NCBI GenBank assembly: GCA_002792115.1
Contig: PFNQ01000013.1
Span: 7,236 to 71,235, forward strand
From: Candidatus Woesearchaeota archaeon CG_4_10_14_0_2_um_filter_33_13
GTDB taxonomy: Archaea > Nanobdellota > Nanobdellia > Woesearchaeales > GW2011-AR9
DNA: 64,000 bases
Direction of reading: 5' to 3'
A model generated the notes under the pieces. The model did no database searches. It was given only the letters and a program-made list of their open reading frames with translations, and had not been told where the DNA came from. Shown piece after piece: positions 46,219 through 55,343 of the stretch (positions are counted from its first letter, which is position 1; each line of letters begins with the position of its first letter). A program made the position numbers and the translations under genes.

Positions 46219-47322
46219 ATGCAATTAACCCCAGAAATAAAGCAACAGTTAGCTGAACAAAAGAAGCAATGTGTTTTTTGTAAATTAATTTCTGGTGAGA
46301 TGCAGGCCAAAACAGTTTTTGAAGATAATAAAACGATGGCTTTATTGGATATTTATCCTGCTATTAAAGGGCATACTTTGTTTATGACTAAAGAGCATTA
46401 TCCGATTATGCCTTATCTTCCACCGGATGAGTTTCAACAACTATTTGGTTTAGTACCACAATTATGTAATGCAGTAAAGAAAGCTAGGGTTGCAACAGGA
46501 GTTAATCTATTCATTGCTAATGGCGGTGTTGCCGGACAACAAGCCCCACATTTTTTGATACATTTATTTCCTAGAGAAACTGGAGATGGATTCTTTAATT
46601 TTTTATTTAAAGAGAAACAAACTTTAGAAGAAGAGAAAGTCCAGATCCTTTTGCATAACTTCCCTTTAATGATGCAAAACCATTTTGCCAGAACTCCAGG
46701 TTCTTGGCATAGTGGAAATGGAGAAAGATCAATTTTTTTGCAGAGTAAAGTTGCTGCTGGCCAAGTCATTTATGAAGACGAAAAAGTGCTTTGTCTTTTA
46801 TCAAATAAAGGAGTGGTTAAAGGCCACATTAAGATTTACAGTAAAGTTGAAGCAAAAGATATTGAAAAATTATCTAGTGAAGATTCTGCACATTTATTTT
46901 ATGTTGCTTCTTATGCTGCAACATTATTATTTGAAGGATTAAAAGTTCAAGGAACAAATATTATTCTGAAATCTGGAGTTTCTGACGATAATCTTGACGG
47001 AGAGTTATGTTTACATGTTCTACCAAGAATGCCCGAAGACGGATTAAATAAAACATTGTTGTGGGAACCTAAACAGCCCAGTTATAATCTTGACGATATT
47101 TTGGGGAAGTTAAAAGATAAAACATGGAGTATTAAATATAAAGAAATTAAAAAGGATATAGACACAAAAACAAAGAAAGAACCATTTTTTGTAAAATCAG
47201 AAGTTGTTAGGTTGTCTAATTCTCAGCAAGGAGATGAAGATGTTGATAAACAGTATGGTGATTCTCAAGAAGAATCTTCTGAAGAAGAAATAAAGAAAGC
47301 TATAGAAAAAGTAAAAAATTAG
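46219..47322 (+). CDS. Tandem HIT-like domain protein with degenerate histidine triads and an acidic tail
   Basis: Domain 1: CVFCKLISGE..LDIYPAIKGHTLFMTKEH..GQQAPHFLIHLFPR. Domain 2: ..KGHIKIYSK..GELCLHVLPR. The C-terminus is Asp/Glu/Ser-rich. Confidence 0.7.
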   Translation: MQLTPEIKQQLAEQKKQCVFCKLISGEMQAKTVFEDNKTMALLDIYPAIKGHTLFMTKEHYPIMPYLPPDEFQQLFGLVPQLCNAVKKARVATGVNLFIANGGVAGQQAPHFLIHLFPRETGDGFFNFLFKEKQTLEEEKVQILLHNFPLMMQNHFARTPGSWHSGNGERSIFLQSKVAAGQVIYEDEKVLCLLSNKGVVKGHIKIYSKVEAKDIEKLSSEDSAHLFYVASYAATLLFEGLKVQGTNIILKSGVSDDNLDGELCLHVLPRMPEDGLNKTLLWEPKQPSYNLDDILGKLKDKTWSIKYKEIKKDIDTKTKKEPFFVKSEVVRLSNSQQGDEDVDKQYGDSQEESSEEEIKKAIEKVKN

Positions 47323-47324
47323 AA

Positions 47325-47846
47325 TTATTCTCCTTTAAACTCAACTAAAGTGAAGATATCATAACCTTGCAACTTTTCTTTTCCTTTTAATTCATGGAGG
47401 CCTATTACAAATGCTACACTAACAACTTTTCCACCTAACTTTTCCACTAATTTACAGGCAGCACAAATAGTTCCGCCGGTGGCAATCAAATCATCAATAA
47501 CCAGAACATTATCTCCTTCATTAATGGCATTCTTATGGATTTCTATTTGATCTGTTCCGTATTCTAACTCATATTTTTGAGAAATTGTTTCTCCAGGTAA
47601 TTTTCCTTTCTTACGAATTAACACTAATGGTAACTTTAATTCACGAGCCAAAGCAGCACCAAAAATAAATCCTCTAGATTCAATAGCCGCAATTTTTGTA
47701 ATTTCCTTATTTTGGTATTGTTCTTTAAATATTTCAATACACTGATTGAATGCTTCTGGATTCTCTATTAATGAAGTAATGTCTCTAAACATTATTCCTG
47801 GCTTAGGCCAATTTGGAATTGTTCTAATTGATTCTTTAAGATTCAT
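47325..47846 (-). CDS. apt: Adenine phosphoribosyltransferase
   Basis: VLVIDDLIATGGT PRPP motif. Start taken at MNLKESIRTIPNWPKPGIMFRDIT. The longer track ORF (to 47906) would overlap mtnP. Confidence 0.88.
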   Translation of the reverse strand: MNLKESIRTIPNWPKPGIMFRDITSLIENPEAFNQCIEIFKEQYQNKEITKIAAIESRGFIFGAALARELKLPLVLIRKKGKLPGETISQKYELEYGTDQIEIHKNAINEGDNVLVIDDLIATGGTICAACKLVEKLGGKVVSVAFVIGLHELKGKEKLQGYDIFTLVEFKGE

Positions 47847-47847
47847 T

Positions 47848-48609
47848 TTAATTCTCTTTAATTCTTGGTATCGTATTAACCAAAAGGTTAACCACCTTAC
47901 CAACATTTTCTTTAAAAACTTTCAAAACTTCTTCCCAAGTAACTGGGACAACATCATTAAATAAACAATCATAATCTGTACTCATTGCTATCGTGGCGTA
48001 AGGAATATCAATTTCATTGGCGAGGATACATTCTGGTGCAATGGACATGTTAATAACATTTGCCCCCCATAATGAGAACATTCTTGATTCCGCTTTTGTG
48101 CTGAAACGTGGACCTTCAATAGTTATTACCGTCCCTTTTGGATGATGTTTTAAATTTAATTCTTGACAAGTGTTGATCAAAAGGTTCCTTAACTCATTGT
48201 TAAATGGTGTAGCCATTGAGGTATGTATCATCTTTCCTGGTTCAAACGAATCATAAAAACTCAATTTTCTTAATCTAGTGAAGTCAATAAACTGATCCAA
48301 GATTACTAAATCACCACGTTCAATTTCTTTTTTTAAAGAACCACAAGCAGTTGTAGATAAAATGTGTGTGCAACCAATATCTTTAAGTGCTTGGATATTA
48401 GCTTGATTATTAACCTGTGTTGGCGGGAGATTATGGTCTCTTCCGTGTCTTGCTAGTAAAACAACATCTACCCCTTTTATCTTTCCACATTTTAATTGAG
48501 AAGAAGGTTTGCCAAATTTTGTTTCAACATCAACATCTTTTGCTTCTTGTAATATCTCTGGGTTATCTAATCCTGAGCCGCCAATAATTCCAATTTTAAT
48601 CATGTGCAA
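47848..48609 (-). CDS. mtnP: S-methyl-5'-thioadenosine phosphorylase (PNP/MTAP family)
   Basis: IGIIGGSGL N-terminus; ..HGR..PP..VN..ANI..LK..G; 253 aa. Confidence 0.85.
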   Translation of the reverse strand: MHMIKIGIIGGSGLDNPEILQEAKDVDVETKFGKPSSQLKCGKIKGVDVVLLARHGRDHNLPPTQVNNQANIQALKDIGCTHILSTTACGSLKKEIERGDLVILDQFIDFTRLRKLSFYDSFEPGKMIHTSMATPFNNELRNLLINTCQELNLKHHPKGTVITIEGPRFSTKAESRMFSLWGANVINMSIAPECILANEIDIPYATIAMSTDYDCLFNDVVPVTWEEVLKVFKENVGKVVNLLVNTIPRIKEN

Positions 48610-49606
48610 TCTCCCTTTTTAATTCTTGACCATTAATATTTTTTAAATCAACCCCTTTTTGTGCAACAACCTTTGAAGCAAGCAAAGAACCCAATCTTCC
48701 TGCTTTTTCTAAATGCCAATTGTTGCAGTAACCATAAAGAAATCCAGCTGCGTAACTATCTCCTGCTCCCGTGGTGTCAATACATTGTGCTGGGAAGCAC
48801 GGGATTTTTGTAATAACTTCATTATAATAAATTAGTGATCCTTCTTTACCTATTTTCACGATTGCAATTTTACAATGTTTGCCTAATTCTTTAGCTGCTT
48901 CTGCTTCTTCCAAACCAGTAAACTCTTTTGCTTCTTTTTCATTAACAAAAACTATGTCTGCATGTTTCATTACTAATTCTTTGAGGAATTCTTTGTTTCT
49001 TCTAATTAATCCGGGATCTGCTAAATCAATAGAAACTAAAGTGTTATGCTTTTTTGCTAAAGCAATTGCGTGAAGAAGAGTTTCTCTAGTTGGTCCTTCT
49101 ATTTGATATCCTTCTAAGTGTAATACTTTACTTTTTTGAATATCTTCCTCTAAAACATCTTCTTTTTTTAATTGGATTGCTGCTCCCAAATGTACTGAAA
49201 AAGTTCTTTCAGAATCTGGAGTGATAAAAGTTAGTGCATGGCCTGTTATTGAAGAGTGTTTATTGATTCTTGCAATAACTCCATGTTTTTCAATCTCTTG
49301 CACATAGATCTCTCCATGTTTATCGTTTCCAACTTTTCCACAAAGTAAAGCGTTTCCACCTAATAAAGCAATTCCTTTCAATGTATTTGCAGAACTGCCT
49401 CCAGGTATGGCCTCTATCTTTAGTTGTTGTTGATTGATTTTTTCTAGAATAAGTTTAGCCTTTTCTTCTTCTACTAAATGCATCTCTCCCTTCTTTAAAT
49501 CAAATTCTAACAATTTATTATCTTCTACTTCAATCAAGAGATCCATCAAAGCATTTCCTAAACCAATTACATCGTTTGTTTTTATGGCTGTATTTTCTTC
49601 CATCAT
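48596..49606 (-). CDS. PfkB-family kinase (adenosine-kinase-like)
   Basis: GGSSANT and DTTGAGDSYAAGF motifs. Sits between ahcY and mtnP. Confidence 0.75.
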   Translation of the reverse strand: MMEENTAIKTNDVIGLGNALMDLLIEVEDNKLLEFDLKKGEMHLVEEEKAKLILEKINQQQLKIEAIPGGSSANTLKGIALLGGNALLCGKVGNDKHGEIYVQEIEKHGVIARINKHSSITGHALTFITPDSERTFSVHLGAAIQLKKEDVLEEDIQKSKVLHLEGYQIEGPTRETLLHAIALAKKHNTLVSIDLADPGLIRRNKEFLKELVMKHADIVFVNEKEAKEFTGLEEAEAAKELGKHCKIAIVKIGKEGSLIYYNEVITKIPCFPAQCIDTTGAGDSYAAGFLYGYCNNWHLEKAGRLGSLLASKVVAQKGVDLKNINGQELKREIAHD

Positions 49607-49607
49607 T

Positions 49608-51026
49608 TTAATATCTGTAATGGTCCGCTTTGTACGGGCCTTCTTTTTTAATTCCCAAATAAGCAGCTTGTTTATCAGTTAACTCATCCATCTGTACTCC
49701 CAATTTCTTTAGATGTAACCTGGCAACTTCTTCATCTAACGCTTTTGGTAACATATGAACTCCAAGTGCGTATTTCTTATTCCACAATTCTAACTGTGCT
49801 AAAACTTGATTAGTAAAGCTTGCCGACATCACAAAACTAGGATGTCCAGTAGCACAACCTAAATTAACTAATCTTCCTTCTGCAAGAACATAAAGCTCTT
49901 TTCCGTTCGGGAAAACATATTTATCATATTGTGGCTTAATCTGTTCTTTCTTTGCACCAGACTTTTTGTTCAACCAGCCCATATCAATCTCATTGTCAAA
50001 ATGACCAATATTACAAACAATAGCCTGATCTTTCATAGCCAAGAAATGCTTTTCTACGATTATATCGGTGTTTCCGGTGGTAGTCACAAAAATGTCTCCC
50101 TCTTTAATTGCATCATCCATTCTCTTTACTTCGTAACCTTCCATCGTAGCCTGAAGAGCATTGATTGGGTCTATTTCTGTAATTAAAACTCTGCATCCAT
50201 ATCCTTTTAAAGATTGGGCACAACCTTTTCCAACATCACCGTAGCCAGCAACGACTGCAATTTTTCCTGCCAACATTACATCGGTTGCTCTTTTGATGCC
50301 ATCTACTAAAGATTCTCTACAACCATAGAGATTATCAAATTTTGATTTCGTAACGGAATCATTAACATTAATTGCTGGAAACAACAATTTTTTCTCTGTA
50401 GCCATTTGATACAAACGATGTACTCCCGTAGTTGTTTCTTCAGAAACTCCTTTGACCTCTTTAGCCACTCTGGTCCAAATATTTTGATTTTTTGCATAAA
50501 GTTCTTTGAGGATGTTCATTAACTCCTGAAAATCTTCTCCTTCTTGGGAATAATCTTTTTCTAGAACCGAAGAATTTTCTTCAATTTCAACACCTTTATG
50601 AATCATTAACGTAGCGTCTCCACCATCATCAACAATTATTTGTGGCCCTTGCCAGTCTCCAAAATCTAGTGCTTTCATTGTGCACCACCAATATTCCTTA
50701 AGCGATTCACCCTTCCAAGCAAAGACCGGAATGCCAGCAGCAGCTATTGCGGCAGCTGCATGATCTTGAGTGGAGAATATATTACAACTGCACCACCTTA
50801 CATCTGCACCCAGTTCTTTTAATGTTTCAATTAACACTGCCGTTTGAATGGTCATATGTAAAGAACCGGTAATTCTTGCTCCTTGTAACGGTTTTTGATC
50901 TTTAAACTTTTCTCTTAAAGCCATTAATCCTGGCATTTCTTTCTCTGCAATCTGAATTTCTTTTCTGCCCCATTCAGCTAAAAAAATATCTTTAACTTTG
51001 TAATCATTATTTTTTGTTTGTTCCAT
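49608..51026 (-). CDS. ahcY: Adenosylhomocysteinase
   Basis: [28 protein letters not shown].. and the NAD motif GYGDVGKG. Start taken at MEQTKNN (GGGGTG SD upstream). The longest ORF (to 51068) would abut the TATA run. Confidence 0.9.
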   Translation of the reverse strand: MEQTKNNDYKVKDIFLAEWGRKEIQIAEKEMPGLMALREKFKDQKPLQGARITGSLHMTIQTAVLIETLKELGADVRWCSCNIFSTQDHAAAAIAAAGIPVFAWKGESLKEYWWCTMKALDFGDWQGPQIIVDDGGDATLMIHKGVEIEENSSVLEKDYSQEGEDFQELMNILKELYAKNQNIWTRVAKEVKGVSEETTTGVHRLYQMATEKKLLFPAINVNDSVTKSKFDNLYGCRESLVDGIKRATDVMLAGKIAVVAGYGDVGKGCAQSLKGYGCRVLITEIDPINALQATMEGYEVKRMDDAIKEGDIFVTTTGNTDIIVEKHFLAMKDQAIVCNIGHFDNEIDMGWLNKKSGAKKEQIKPQYDKYVFPNGKELYVLAEGRLVNLGCATGHPSFVMSASFTNQVLAQLELWNKKYALGVHMLPKALDEEVARLHLKKLGVQMDELTDKQAAYLGIKKEGPYKADHYRY

Positions 51027-51068
51027 TAAAAACACCCCATCGTTTAAGTTAATATTTTCACGAAACAT

Positions 51069-51080
51069 AATATATATAAA
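51069..51080. promoter_or_regulatory. Bidirectional TATA run (AATATATATAAA) between ahcY and gatD
   Basis: It is the only AT-alternating element between the divergent genes. It lies 24 nt from gatD ATG 51104, and the minus strand reads TTTATATA. Confidence 0.5.
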
Positions 51081-51103
51081 TGTTTAGAAATTATAGTCCT
51101 ACT

Positions 51104-52399
51104 ATGGTTAAAGTTGGAGACAAGATTAAAGTATTAACAGAAAGTGGAGAAGAGCAAGGTATAATGATGCCTAGTCCTGATCTTGATGTAGTTATCATCA
51201 AATTATCTAATGGTTACAACATTGGTTTTGATAAAAAAAATATTAAAAAAACAACGTTAATTGAAGAGTTAAAACCTATTTCTAAGGAAAAAAAAGAAAT
51301 AGTCTCTCCAAAAGACGGGTTAAAAACAATTTCAATTTTACATTGCGGTGGAACAATTGCTAGCAAGGTTGATTATCAAACCGGGGCAGTTAAAGCACAG
51401 TTTTCTCCTGAAGAATTATTGGAAATGTTTCCAGAATTAAGTACAATTGTTAATTTACGTAGCAAACTGATTTCTAATATGCTATCGGAAAATATGGTTT
51501 TTGCTCATTACAATCTTATCGCTAAAGAAATTGAAAAAGAAATCAAGGCCGGGTCGCAAGGAATTATTTTGACTCATGGCACAGATACACTTCACTATAC
51601 TGCTGCAGCACTATCCTTTATTTTAGAAGGATTAAATGTTCCTGTATTGTTGGTTGGAGCACAAAGAAGTTCTGATCGTGGTAGTAGTGATGCATTTATG
51701 AACCTTAGATGTGCAGCCCATTTTATTGCACAAACTAATTTTGCTGAAGTGGCTATTTGTATGCATGCATCGGCAGGAGATGAGCAATGTGCGATTATTT
51801 CCGGTACACGGGCTAGAAAATTACATTCTTCTCGTCGAGACGCGTTTAAATCAATCAATTCTGATCCTTTTGCATTTATTGATAACAACGGCAAAGTGGA
51901 GTGGCAAAGAAAAGATTTTGCAGTAACAGCAAAAAGAGATCTTAAATTAAAGTTGATGCATGAAAAAATTAGGGTTGGCATCTTACGTTCACATCCACAA
52001 ATGTATCATGAAGAGATAGAGTTTTATGAAAAGTTTGATGGATTAATCTTGGAAGGAACAGGCCTAGGTCATTTTCCGGTAGAGAAATACGATCCATTTA
52101 CTGGTGAAAATGAAGTTATTTATCACGCACTTGGTAAATTAGCAAAAAAAATGCCTGTTGTAATGACTTTACAGACTATTTTTGGTGGGGTTAATATGAA
52201 TGTGTATACTCCTGGAAGAATGTTACAATCTGTTGGTATTTTAGGTAATGGTTTTGATATTACTGTTGAAACGGCTTTCATTAAGTTGGCTTGGTTACTA
52301 AGTAACTATGAAAGGAAAGACATAAAAGACCTATGGTCAAAAAATTTCCGAGGAGAGTTTTCAAAAACTGTTGGTTACCAACCAAACTTTTTAAAATAA
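51104..52399 (+). CDS. gatD: Glutamyl-tRNA(Gln) amidotransferase subunit D
   Basis: Asparaginase-type motifs HCGGTIAS and THGTDT, with an N-terminal AD domain (GDKIKVL..LSNGYNIGF). The ATG at 51080 lies inside the TATA run, so 51104 is preferred. Confidence 0.88.
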   Translation: MVKVGDKIKVLTESGEEQGIMMPSPDLDVVIIKLSNGYNIGFDKKNIKKTTLIEELKPISKEKKEIVSPKDGLKTISILHCGGTIASKVDYQTGAVKAQFSPEELLEMFPELSTIVNLRSKLISNMLSENMVFAHYNLIAKEIEKEIKAGSQGIILTHGTDTLHYTAAALSFILEGLNVPVLLVGAQRSSDRGSSDAFMNLRCAAHFIAQTNFAEVAICMHASAGDEQCAIISGTRARKLHSSRRDAFKSINSDPFAFIDNNGKVEWQRKDFAVTAKRDLKLKLMHEKIRVGILRSHPQMYHEEIEFYEKFDGLILEGTGLGHFPVEKYDPFTGENEVIYHALGKLAKKMPVVMTLQTIFGGVNMNVYTPGRMLQSVGILGNGFDITVETAFIKLAWLLSNYERKDIKDLWSKNFRGEFSKTVGYQPNFLK

Positions 52400-52452
52400 T
52401 ATTACTCATTTAAATTTAAATACTTAATTGACAAAGAAAAGAGGGAAATAAA

Positions 52453-52716
52453 ATGAAAAAAGTAATTGGTGTGATGTTTGTCTTATTAACTTTTTTAATA
52501 GTTGGTTGTTCTAGTGTTGATGAAGAATTAGTTTGTACTAAAGATGTTGATTGTGTCCCTAATCAATGTTGTCATGCTGACGGGGCATTAAATAAAGAGT
52601 TTGGACCAAATTGTTTAGGGCAACTTTGTACAATGGAATGCGTTCCCGGAACGATTGACTGTGGCCAAGGTGAGATTAAATGTTTAAATGAGCAGTGCCA
52701 AGTTGTGTTTAAATAA
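52453..52716 (+). CDS. Small Cys-rich secreted lipoprotein-like protein
   Basis: Signal plus lipobox-like LIVGCSS. There are 10 further cysteines in about 65 mature residues. Confidence 0.55.
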   Translation: MKKVIGVMFVLLTFLIVGCSSVDEELVCTKDVDCVPNQCCHADGALNKEFGPNCLGQLCTMECVPGTIDCGQGEIKCLNEQCQVVFK

Positions 52717-52795
52717 ACCAATTTTTTGTCAAGTGTTTCATTTTTCTTATTTTTGTGTCAAAGGATATATATCTCCCTTTTAGTTACTAATTATT

Positions 52796-53050
52796 ATGGC
52801 ATTATTAGACTTGGATTTACCTGATCTGGAAGTTCCTTTAGAGATTATCATTGATCAAGAAAGGAGAAGGAGGGAACGTCCTTCTGAAGGTGTACCTTTA
52901 TATCTTCCAGTTCCAGATTATTTTCCTATCCCTAAAGATCAAAGAGATGATCATCCATCATCGCGGGGAGTGTTGATTATTGATCCAGAAGATTCAGATC
53001 GAGGATCTGGTGTGGTAATAGAAATGTCTGGTCAAAAATATTTCTCTTAA
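52796..53050 (+). CDS. Hypothetical small acidic/Pro-rich protein
   Basis: 84-aa ORF with no motif. Confidence 0.35.
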   Translation: MALLDLDLPDLEVPLEIIIDQERRRRERPSEGVPLYLPVPDYFPIPKDQRDDHPSSRGVLIIDPEDSDRGSGVVIEMSGQKYFS

Positions 53051-53060
53051 TTTTCTTAAC

Positions 53061-53714
53061 TTATTTTAATTCTTGTTCTATTCTTAATTCTTCCCTTCTA
53101 AGCTCTACAAAACCAAGACCTATTCTTTTTAACTCTTTTAGATCTGTTGTTTCCTGTTCAAAGATTTGATGATATATCGCAGATACAATACAATAATGAA
53201 CCATCGCGTCCATCCAAAATGTAAAAGCATTGCGTTGTAATGGTTCAGAGCTAGTTTCATGCCAATTTTTAAATGTTTTATATTCTAACAAGAAATCATT
53301 TGGATCAGAATACATTTGTGGTAAATAATCAGAGATTATCTGTGTCACTGCTGGTTCCGCTAGGGTAATTACTGCACCCAAATTTTCTCCTACCCTAAAT
53401 TTGTGATATCTTGCTAATTCAAATGCAATCGCTGCATAGGTCATCGGAAATTCATTTTTAGTAAACTCCTTTGAATCAGAAACATAAAAATCTGAGATAA
53501 TTTCTTCTTCATCAAGAGGATCGAATAATGTTTGTTTAGTTTGTAGGATAGTTTTTTCAAGTTTACTTCCTTTGATTGCAGAACCATCTCTAATTGCGTT
53601 GTATAAAACATCAACTGTGGCGCGTATTCCTTCTAAATGTTCATGCAATTGTAATGTGTATTCTTCTAGTGCAGTAACCATAATTACCTGTTTTTTGTAT
53701 TTTATTATAAACAT
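53061..53714 (-). CDS. Hypothetical protein
   Basis: 217-aa ORF with no recognisable motif. The start may be the internal Met (MVTALEEY). Confidence 0.5.
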   Translation of the reverse strand: MFIIKYKKQVIMVTALEEYTLQLHEHLEGIRATVDVLYNAIRDGSAIKGSKLEKTILQTKQTLFDPLDEEEIISDFYVSDSKEFTKNEFPMTYAAIAFELARYHKFRVGENLGAVITLAEPAVTQIISDYLPQMYSDPNDFLLEYKTFKNWHETSSEPLQRNAFTFWMDAMVHYCIVSAIYHQIFEQETTDLKELKRIGLGFVELRREELRIEQELK

Positions 53715-53866
53715 TTGTTGACTGAGAAAACTATCTTTGACTAGTCATTTAATTATTAAGACTTAATGATCTCAACAAATTGAATGTTTAGTTGTAATTT
53801 TAAACTAAAGGTTTATTTATCAGTTTTTGTTATGGCCATTCTATTAATAAAAAAGGTGTATTAAAG

Positions 53867-54499
53867 ATGGAATACTTAGAATTAATCTTACGTTTTATAC
53901 TTACATTTGTTGCTGCTCTTTTATTTGGTTTAGAAAGACAACGGTCACACAAACCAATTGGTTTTGGTACATTTATTTTTGTATCTATTGGTGCATGTGC
54001 ATTATCAATTGTTGCTGTTATTATTGTTCCGGAAAATCCTCTGCCATTACTTGGTGCGATTGTAACCGGAATTGGTTTCTTAGGAGCTGGCGCGTTAATT
54101 AAAACAACAGATAAAATTTTTGGGTTTACCACTGCAGCAGCTATTTGGTCTTTCGCCATTTTAGGTTTGATTATTGGAGTTGGCCAATATTTTATTGCTG
54201 GATTAGTCTATTTTTTTATCTGGATAATAATTATAGTAGACAATATTCTAAAAAAAAAGGGCATTGGTTCTTATCAACGTAGAATGATTCTCACTACTAA
54301 CAAGATTATCAACAATAACCATATTAAGGAAGTTTTTGATAAAAATTTTGTTACTTACAAAGTAATTGAATACTTCATTGATCGCACAGCTAAGACTCTT
54401 TCTTTTACTTTATTGGTAGAAGGGAGGAAAGAAAATATTAATCATCTGCCACAAGACTTATTGAAAGAAGAATGGCTTAATACTTGTAGGATTGAATAA
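53867..54499 (+). CDS. mgtC: MgtC/SapB-family membrane protein
   Basis: LERQRSHKPIGFGTFIFVSIGA..GIGFLGAGALIK..TTAAAIW are MgtC-family motifs. 210 aa. Confidence 0.8.
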   Translation: MEYLELILRFILTFVAALLFGLERQRSHKPIGFGTFIFVSIGACALSIVAVIIVPENPLPLLGAIVTGIGFLGAGALIKTTDKIFGFTTAAAIWSFAILGLIIGVGQYFIAGLVYFFIWIIIIVDNILKKKGIGSYQRRMILTTNKIINNNHIKEVFDKNFVTYKVIEYFIDRTAKTLSFTLLVEGRKENINHLPQDLLKEEWLNTCRIE

Positions 54500-54504
54500 T
54501 TCAT

Positions 54505-55224
54505 CTATTTGTCTTCATTAACTTCATAATAAAGACGATCTAATTCTACTTTAACATTACTCATTGCTCGACCAAGCCCTTTCAACCTTAATGTACATTC
54601 CTCTTTGAATGCAGCCCCATATTTTGATAAGACAAATAGTCCTAGCCCTCCAACTAAAGATATCCCTATATTCGTTAATGCTGGAGCCAATTCCCATTCG
54701 GTACAACAGCTATAAGTTGTATATCCTCCAGCATAAGCGACAGATAATTTTGCAGAAAGGCCGAAAAATGTTTCCGTTGCTTTTGCTCCCCACTTCATGT
54801 TGTCAAGTTCAGTCTCTTGTTGTTTCATTGCCCTTAATCTTTCTTCCAACTGATCTATTCTGTCCATCCTTTTTTGATTTGGTTTATAATCTCTTGTAGA
54901 AGGGCCTTTTGCAGTAGTTTTGGAGCGATTAGCGCGTTGTTCCCAGAATGCGTTGTCTCTAGCCTCAAACTCTTCAACTGACATCCGTATAATCTCTAAT
55001 AAAGATAATGGTTGATATTCACGGGAAAGATCATATACTGTTTTTTTCCTGTCGTCTCCTAATACCTCATATGCTTCATTGAGTTCTATTAGTATTGCTT
55101 CAGATTGAGGATTATTTGGATCTCTATCCGGATGATATTGTAAGGCTAATCTTCGATAAGCTGATTTAATCTCTGCATGTGTTGCTGATGGATCAACTTC
55201 AAGAGTAGTGTAATAATCTTTCAT
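54505..55224 (-). CDS. J-domain protein with a C-terminal membrane region
   Basis: DYYTTLEVDPSATHAEIKSAYRRLALQYHPDR (HPD motif). C-terminal hydrophobic segments (LAPALTNIGISLVGGLGLFVL). TTTATAAA lies 22 nt upstream. Confidence 0.75.
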   Translation of the reverse strand: MKDYYTTLEVDPSATHAEIKSAYRRLALQYHPDRDPNNPQSEAILIELNEAYEVLGDDRKKTVYDLSREYQPLSLLEIIRMSVEEFEARDNAFWEQRANRSKTTAKGPSTRDYKPNQKRMDRIDQLEERLRAMKQQETELDNMKWGAKATETFFGLSAKLSVAYAGGYTTYSCCTEWELAPALTNIGISLVGGLGLFVLSKYGAAFKEECTLRLKGLGRAMSNVKVELDRLYYEVNEDK

Positions 55225-55245
55225 TTTGGGATTCTCGGGGGGGAG

Positions 55246-55253
55246 TTTATAAA
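55246..55253 (-). promoter_or_regulatory. TATA box (TTTATAAA) for the J-domain gene
   Basis: 22 nt upstream of ATG 55224. Confidence 0.5.
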
Positions 55254-55312
55254 TTTTTTGACAAGGAACTATTGCAGGGGAGTAACATAATGGTTAAATC
55301 AGGTAGTTAATT

Positions 55313-55320
55313 TTTTAAAT
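55313..55320 (+). promoter_or_regulatory. TATA-like box (TTTTAAAT) for tRNA-Leu
   Basis: 24 nt upstream of tRNA position 1 (55344). Confidence 0.45.
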
Positions 55321-55343
55321 CACCCTCTTATCCCAACTTTCAT

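Noticed and set aside
47847-47906. 20-codon N-terminal extension of apt (MLVRWLTFWLIRYQELKRIK)
   Set aside because: It would overlap the 3' end of mtnP by 59 nt. The Apt family N-terminus aligns from MNLKESIR.., so the internal ATG at 47846 was chosen.
1741-51981. Many short (60-140 aa) track ORFs nested in or antisense to longer genes (e.g. 1741-1992, 4044-4262, 6018-6221, 6451-7044, 9726-9998, 21105-21455, 39136-40395, 42765-43106, 46434-46769, 51595-51981)
   Set aside because: Each is fully contained within a longer ORF that has clear family motifs. They are low-complexity, Leu/Ser/Phe-rich translations typical of non-coding frames in AT-rich DNA.
53830-54159. 109-aa minus-strand ORF
   Set aside because: It lies almost entirely antisense to the well-supported MgtC-family gene (53867-54499) and has no motif of its own.
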